Below, piece after piece: positions 56,813 through 64,000 of a DNA stretch of 64,000 nt. The stretch covers positions 97,032,001 to 97,096,000 of the forward strand of contig NC_087436.1 in assembly GCF_036321535.1 (NCBI RefSeq), in the 5' to 3' direction. The translations under genes and the position numbers were made by a program. Numbering within the stretch: the stretch's first letter is position 1; each line of letters begins with the position of its first letter. The notes under the pieces were generated by a model, which saw only the letters and a list, made by a program, of their open reading frames with translations, ran no database searches and was not told the DNA's origin. The DNA is from Camelus dromedarius (Eukaryota).

Positions 56813-57528
56813 TGCGGACAGTATATTATTTAGAGTTGGATTTCACGATGCCACCCATCTTCTTATCTAGAGTAACTGTTGTTGTTTAAGATCATATGCA
56901 TCGGATATCACGTTCTTCCTGCGCACTGTACTTCTCAGTATCCATAACTCAGCCTATTGCCGAGAACCTGCGCCCCTCTTAGTGTGTGTAGAGGTCTAAT
57001 TCCATATCCCATCCCATCTCAGTCTTACTAGTGTTTTTGCGACTAATAGGTTCAAGTTTAAATAAGTATAAAAATAGAATATCATATTCCAATATAGAAA
57101 AACTGCTTGTTCTGTCTCAAACTAAGCCTATAGTTTCCTACATCTAAACCTTGGATCCTGCTAACAACACCTCTGTCTGGAATGCTCTTTCCAGGTGCCC
57201 AATTTCTGGCTGCATAAATCCTATTTATTCCTTAAGCTTCAGATTAAATACTACATTTGTTCTAGAGATAGTCCCAATTCCCCACTCTAAAAATAGAATC
57301 TCACCCACTTCAGAAGACTTAACCCACTTCATTTGTATATCTTTCATGGAATTGGCCTCAGCGTCCCTTGCATTATCGTGTGTTTGTCTTACCTAATTTC
57401 CCCTGTTGCATTGTTAGTCCCTTGTGGACAAAGACTCTATCTTAGCCTTTGTATGCTCCTTAGCCCCCTCTCAGAGTGGCTATCAATCAATATTTCTTAG
57501 AGAAAGAATAAACAGAAGAAATACTTGC

Positions 57529-57799
57529 CTTGTCTCCAGGTACCATGATCCTGTTTGTCCAGCAGCACGTACAGCTGCTGGCAGGCGGAGTGCAGAGTGC
57601 CTGCAGCGTGCTCCAGGAGCTGGTGGAGGGCCCCGCTGAGCTCCTGACCCAGAAAGACCACCGTGGCTACCCAGGTGGCCCCACCAGCCCCTGCGCCAGG
57701 GTCACTGCCCAGCAGCGCCTGCTTTAGCATCAGGTTTTGTTTCCAAATCTGCTTCAGCGTTTGGCCTAGTTTACCTGAGCCTATGTCTTCTGTATCCAT
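57529..57799 (-). CDS. DTHD1: DTHD1 coding exon 1 (MDTEDIGSGK...HGTWRQ), 271 nt, ends phase 1
   Basis: ATG at 57799-57797 in strong Kozak context (aacATGG). GC-rich open frame. Donor CAAG|GCAAGT (GC type). Phase 1 joins exon 2 in frame (G|AA ATC = E-I). Confidence 0.8.
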
Positions 57800-58000
57800 G
57801 TTAGGCTCCAAGAGTGACAACAAAGCCTAAAGGTTTAGCAAATTCAAGCTTGGTGATAGTTTTTTTCCTTCTAAAACCTAGGAGACGATCCAAGTCAGCT
57901 AGCCAAGTGCTTTCCTGCAACATAATAGTTTGTTCAGCTTCTTGTTGACTAGTGAAAAGTTACTAGGTGACCAAAGCAGGGGCATTCCTGCACCCCGGCT
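57800..58000 (-). promoter_or_regulatory. Candidate DTHD1 5'UTR / proximal promoter with X-box-like and forkhead motifs
   Basis: GTTACTAGGTGAC (57959-57971), TGTTGAC (57943-57949) and CCTAGGAGAC (57877-57886) in repeat-free DNA just upstream of the ATG. The TSS cannot be located from sequence. Confidence 0.5.
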
Positions 58001-61000
58001 GCAATTGTGTACAGAACAGATCAACTGCAGGGACAGAGCTGGCTCACACTATCCCACTCTCCCTGTAAGGCTTACACTTCAGTGTACGAAGGAAGCCCCA
58101 TATACTTGTCAAGTTCTGAGGCAACAAAATATGGATTCTGTGGTAGGATGAGAAGTATATTAATCAAAGGTAAATTCTTTTAAAAGTATTGCTAATAATA
58201 ATTCTATGTGATACTCAAAAATACTTATGAATGAACTAATATGATATCTGAATTGCTTCAAAGTTATCTGGGAGCTTGGAGAGTAGTGTGTAGATGAATA
58301 AGATTGGCAATAAGTTAATAATCCTTGAAGATGAATACGGTTACATGGGGTGGGGGGGTCTTGATAATTCTCTCTAATTAGCATATATTTATCATATTTT
58401 TATTTTTTTAAATGTAAAAACTCCTCCTCTGCTGGAGCAGAGTCTATTAGCACTGGTTAGGTAAGTTTAATTAGTACCTCTCCTCCGGCAAGTCTCCTGG
58501 GAGATGGAGCTAAGTCCTTGGCCTCTTTACTCTCTGATTATTCCTCTCTAATTGGATGAAATGCTCCTTCACTAAGAGAAAGCAAACCTGAAGAGTGTCT
58601 TTCTCTGAACCAGCAGGGCATCTTCACCATGTATGATGGAAATTCAGGTACAGCAAGTTCTCACCACTGCTGGCCCCTCAGTCTACACACTATATATGAG
58701 GCCATTGCCATGCAGGACTTGAGACTTGGGGGGAAACAAGAACAGCCTGCTTCCTCCTGTCCAAGGCCCTCCTCTAACAAGGGAGGACACCACACCAGAG
58801 GGAGAGGGCAGTACACCCCAGGCAGGCTCACGTTCCCTCCAAGGTCCTGGAATGAAATGAACATTTTCCCAAGGAGAGCCAGAAGGCTTCCCTCCCGCAG
58901 GCCTTGCGTTGTCTCGTCGTCAGCGCTGGGGTTCTGAGAGCTACGCTCGTGACACCTGGCAGACAAGATGGGGAAACACAAGCCCAGGGAACAAATCCTA
59001 GAGAACAGATGCCACCACGGGCCTAAGTCCTGCCCGGGCTGCTTGTGGTCTGAAGAGTCTGAAGGTAAAAGAAAGGAGCGGTATAAGGGATGGTGGCGAG
59101 GTTAGGGGTGGGAGCGCGGGCTCATTCTCTAGCAGAAATCTTATCTTTCGTGAGCCTCTGTTCCTTTAACTCCTGAAATATGTGTGTAATTCTCTTAATA
59201 ATGTGGATATGGCTTTAATTTGATGCCAATTCTGAGAACATTCTAGAACATTGACTGTGGACCAGGCACTGCCTACATGCTAAGAATAGGGCATTTTAGG
59301 ACTTCAGAGAAAGGCAGACACATGAACAGATTATTAAAAAAAAAAAAAAGCTTAGATTATGTTAAAAGCTAGAGCATAAGGATAAATTAAAACTCTCACC
59401 AAAGCTTTGAGGAGTAAAAAATTTCATTCCAGTTAGAGGCCTGGAAGATGTTTAAATTGGAGGCTAAAGGATGAGTGGGATTTAAGCCAGCTTGCCAAGA
59501 GAAGGAAGGAACATTCCAACATAGGAAATAATATGATCAAAGTAAGGGAGGCCTGAAATGACACCATGTGATCAAAAACCAGAAACTATGGCTTGAGAGG
59601 TAGGTTTATGAGTCAGGGGAAGTGACAAGAGTTGTCTAATAATGATGGGGAGTCAGGTGGAGAAGCTGACATTTTGTTTGGTGACAAAAGAGAGATGTTA
59701 AATATTTTTGAACCAAGCAAATATATAACCAAATCTGTGCTGTAGAGATGCAGATGGTTTATACGGTAGAGACGTGAGAATTAAGAGATTTGAGGGTCTC
59801 TATTAGAGCAGCGACAGTGCAGGCAAGGGGAGGGGATGCTTTGAAAGGGGATTTGAAGTAGAGTAACTAGAACTTGCTAAATCATGAGTTAGAGGGTGAG
59901 GAATAGAAAGCACTGGAATCCATTCATTTATTTATTTGACAAATATTTATTGGCCACTGGTTTAAGAACTGTACTCGGTAGTGGAATGTGACCAAAAATT
60001 TTGGTTTAGGTGACTGAATAGATAGTAAAACAATTGAGTTAAGGAATTTAGAAAAAACACTAGTCTTGATGGGTAGATAATTTGATTAGTTTTGGATTTG
60101 TTGTGTGTGAGATAGCTCAGGACAGTTCTTTGAAATACGTTAGACATTTAGAAGAGTCAGAACAATATTGGCATATTTGAATGTCATCAGTCAATAGAAG
60201 GTGAAGAAACAACCCCTGGAAGTAGAAGAGATCAGTGGGGAATTTACACCACGTACGTTTTAAGTATTGAATAAAACTGATTATGAAATGCTAACTCACT
60301 GGACCAATATACATTTATTCCCTTCTAGATGTGTGGGAAAATTCTTTCTCAGGGCAAGGGAAAAAAACCCTAAACATTTCTCCTTAGCCTCATTGACATT
60401 TGCTCTCCTCAAGTCTAAACTTGTCCTTAGTCTGGCTTCCCAAGAACATGTAATATTTGCAAAGCGAGACCTACCACAGGCCATGCTGCCTTTACTCATT
60501 AAAACAAGCATCTGCATGTTCCTGCGTCTTGTTCTCAACTAATTGATGTCACTAACCACAGAAAGATCTGACACTTGCAATCAAGATTTCTGACATTCAC
60601 AAAAGTTAACTGCAAAAATTCACCTTGATGGGTTTAACATTGAATCAGCCTCTTCATTGTGGCTACTTGTTATTATGACTATTAATACTTTCTTTTACTT
60701 TCTTTACTGAGAAGTCTGTGCTTCCACTAACATTAAAGGAATTAGTGTGTAGTCTTGAATTCATATAAAACATTATGTGGTTGAAAAGACAACAGTTCTT
60801 CATATTAAAAGTATCAAAGTGAGTAGAGAGAAAATTCCAGTAAGTAGGATAGTCACTTGTTCACCAGTTGAAGAAATAAAACTTTGTCATAGACAGGACA
60901 GCCTACTGATGAGATAGGAGGGGAGGACAAGAAAGTTTTGAAGTGTAACAAAGTGGACTGCTTTCTGTGGAGTTCATGGTGGGGAGCAATGGATAGGTCA

Positions 61001-61359
61001 GATGTTAGCGAAAGAGTCACATATGCTTAAGACATGATGAGGTGATAGTTTTAGTTCTGTTATCTGATTTTGTCATTTCCTTTGAGTTCCTGGATAGTTG
61101 CAGACACCAGACTTTGGCACAGTCAGCCCAGATTAATTTTTTCCCCATTTGAAAATTCTTATTGAATGTCTGCTCATTTTTGTCTGTTTGGACCAAGCTT
61201 ACACAACTGAATGACAAGTGAAAAGAGGAGAAATAGTTGTTTAGTTTTTGTCTTCCCTGATGACTTAGTGCACTGGGAAAAATACAAATGAGATATCAGA
61301 GTTCTCAATGTGCACATCAATTTTTAAATGTTTCTGAAAAGTAAGTGGTAAAAACCAAA

Positions 61360-63560
61360 GCTTTGATGTCTGATTAAAGAGTATAGATTAAATACATATT
61401 CTATTTCTGCTTCCTTCTAAAATGCCACCAAAGAAGATAAAATAATAGATAAACTCAAAAGGACAAAGAAAATGGGTGAAAATATGACAGAGAAAAGATG
61501 TCAACAAACTTTTGAAAGATCAAAAGCAGATGGATAAGTTGTAAATGACGGAATCAAGCAAAAAGAGTACCTGTACGGCGGGAAAACAGGCCAGTTCTTG
61601 CCATGGACTCTCAGAAGGGCCCAAGAATTAGGGAAAACTAGTCCCTCTGCTAGAACCTCTGAAAGTGGGAGTGAAGTTGGGGCTGTTAACAGGTTTTGTT
61701 AGAATTCAGTTTGGGGGGCAGGTAGATTTCTATATCCCTCTCCTCTGTCCTAAGCAGCCAGGCAACAGCCTCTCTTTCAGCCATTAGAAACCAGAGATGT
61801 CTCCGATGCAAAAACTGCAGCAGACAGGCAGGAGGCCCGGCTGAGCGGAGAACCAGAAGGAAGTGCCATTCAATAAGGGTTAAGTGAAATTCTACGAGTT
61901 TAAAAAGTGAGGGCCCACTCTGTTCTGCAGCTCAGCTCCAAGCATACGTGCCAGCAAGTATGAAGTCTCAGGCAGGAGTGGGACCACAGTCACGGGGGTC
62001 AGGCATTTCAAATAAGCCTCTAATACAATGCAGAAGACTAAAGCAAACACAAAGAACTTGGAAAAAAAAAATAGAGCCAATAGAGGAAAGAGGAGAAAAT
62101 ACCAAATAAATCTATAATTAACACTCGTAGAGTCAGGGATAAGAGAAGCTAAGGCACCCACAAAACAAGAAAAGATTTTCTAATGAAAAGATGCACTCAG
62201 ACAATGAGAAAGACCTCATAGAAATGAAAATATAACAGACATTTTAAAAAACTGGTATATGGGTAGAAAGAAACAGTTGAGGAAATATCCCAGGAGGTCA
62301 CACAAAACAAAACAAAGAGACCATAGGAAAAAAAAAAAAAAGATGAAGAAAATTAATTGTTCAATCTAGGTGTTTCAATTAATGAGTCCTAGAGAAAGAA
62401 AACAGAAAGAAAGAAAGAATCACGGAAATAATACAAGGACATTTCCCAGATAAAGGACTTGATACTCCACACCGAAAGAGATAAGAGGGCTATAGATTAA
62501 AATTAAAAAATCATAACTTGTCATACTATCATGAATATTCAAAGCATCAAGAACAAAGATCCTAACAGCCTCCAAAGGGGAGAAAAAGGTCACATTTAAA
62601 TCAGAAGGCACTGGGCTCCTCCACAGTAACAGTGAGGCCCAGAAAGTAATAGAGCTGTGACTTCAATATTCTGAGTTTTCCCTCTTTCTAATTCAGGATT
62701 CTCTTTTTCCCCCCAAAGCCTCATTCGAGTGTGCAGGGACAGAAAAAAAGAAATGGTAATTATGAGATGTGACGGAGGTATTAGCTAAGGCTATGGTAGT
62801 AATCATATTGCAATATAAAAGTATATCAGATTGTATAACACTGTATACATTAAACTTACACAATGTTATATGTCAATCATTTCAATAAAACTGAAAAGAA
62901 AAAGAATAAGACATTATTTTTAAAAGTGTGCAGAGGAAGAAAGGACATTTTCAGGTATGCAAATATCAAAAAATTTGCCTCCTGTGTACCTTCTCTTGGG
63001 AAGCTACCAAGGAATGTAGTTTGCCAAAAGCAACGGACTAACAAAAGAAAAACGTCAGAAAATAGAAAACCCCAGCAAAGGAAGGAAGTAAATTAATGCC
63101 TAAAGTGACGTCCCAGGGTAGCAGCAGTATTGTGGGCCTAGAGCGCTCCTAGTCCAGACCACAGCCATCCTCTGAGGTGACCAAGAGGCTGCCCACAGGA
63201 GAGAAAGTGGAACTGAGGAACTATCTGATGTTTTAACCATTTTAAGAGAAATTGTGCAACTCTTAGAAAATTAGGGGGAAGAATTATTGGTAGATGAGCA
63301 AATGAAAAAAAAATGAGACAACTGATAAAACTAAATTCTAAAGGAAAAGATACGTCCCCACAGTGAACTGTTCAGCTCTTCTATGGAGGATATTTACACG
63401 GCCATGATAATGAAAATATCCATGATTAATGTAAGTAAAGCTGGTGATAGAAATCCATTACCAGGATAGGTGCAGAAAGCATGTGTGGGAAGAATGAGTT
63501 AGAGTTGGGTGGGTATGCGAGCAAAAGCCTTATTCCTATAGGAGGAAGTCAATATTTAAA
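61360..63560 (+). mobile_element. Old L1/HAL1-like 5'UTR-ORF1 remnants with a younger L1 3' fragment at ~62745-62905
   Basis: A-rich decayed ORF1-like tracts. aaacttacacaatgttatatgtcaat..tttcaataaaactg is an L1 3' terminus. Confidence 0.6.
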
Positions 63561-63744
63561 AATGAAAATTAACAGTTAGGAATTGGGAGGTAAGTTCTAG
63601 AAGAAACTGCTAAAAGATGGAGTGTGAGTGCCTCTGGGGAAAGATGTGGGAAAGAGCAGAGCAACTCCTGACCTCTAGGAGCTAGTCCAGGACTATCAGC
63701 GAGGTCTTGCTGTTGCTGTGAGCTTGCCTGACACTCACAGCTAC

Positions 63745-64000
63745 GTCTTGGTGTTCTCCTGTTTAACATAAACAATTTCACAGAAAATCAGTACCAGACA
63801 AGGCCGCCCTGTGACTGTGATGGATCAAGGCAAAATAAAGACCATCCTATAATCAGGTCTAAACACAGATAAGACATGAGCATGATGCAAGCCACCAAAT
63901 ATGAAACATCTCCTGATTCCAGCTAACAGGAGTGAGGGTTACCTTTTAACCAACAGTAACTTGAACATCTTTCTAGTCTTCCCTCCCTAGGGATAAGATT
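63745..64000 (+). mobile_element. ERV1-class LTR (MER67-like), truncated by the window end
   Basis: aacataaacaatttcacagaa..cagacaaggcc..ctgtgac..tgatggatcaag.caaaa resembles a recalled LTR consensus. Confidence 0.55.

Noticed and set aside
57424..57727. Plus-strand ORFs overlapping exon 1
   Set aside because: Shadow frames of a GC-rich coding exon.

Overview
AT-rich, CpG-depleted mammalian genomic DNA. No Alu, B1/B2, Bov-tA/A2, PRE-1 or CanSINE was recognised, and the young L1 3' ends resemble camelid L1 as I recall it, so a laurasiatherian, possibly camelid, is inferred. The window holds most of one protein-coding gene on the minus strand, DTHD1 (death domain containing 1). Nine coding exons (ATG at 57799 to the exon-9 donor at 1548) splice in consistent phase into 2398 nt of CDS (799 codons + 1 nt). 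The final death-domain exon is not visible and should lie left of position 1. Introns and the upstream region are filled with old and young LINE-1, L2, MIR, MaLR/ERV LTRs and DNA-transposon fossils. Repeat family names come from recalled consensus sequences, not from a search. Notable points are a GC-AG first intron, an RFX X-box plus forkhead site near the start codon, and a frame-preserving but stop-containing candidate exon just before the death-domain exon. Also notable are a twin-primed (5'-inverted) L1, a Mutator-like (MULE) fossil with long TIRs and a readable transposase motif, and an unexplained CpG-undepleted 240-nt stretch in intron 1. I found no convincing evidence of a wholly new biological system.
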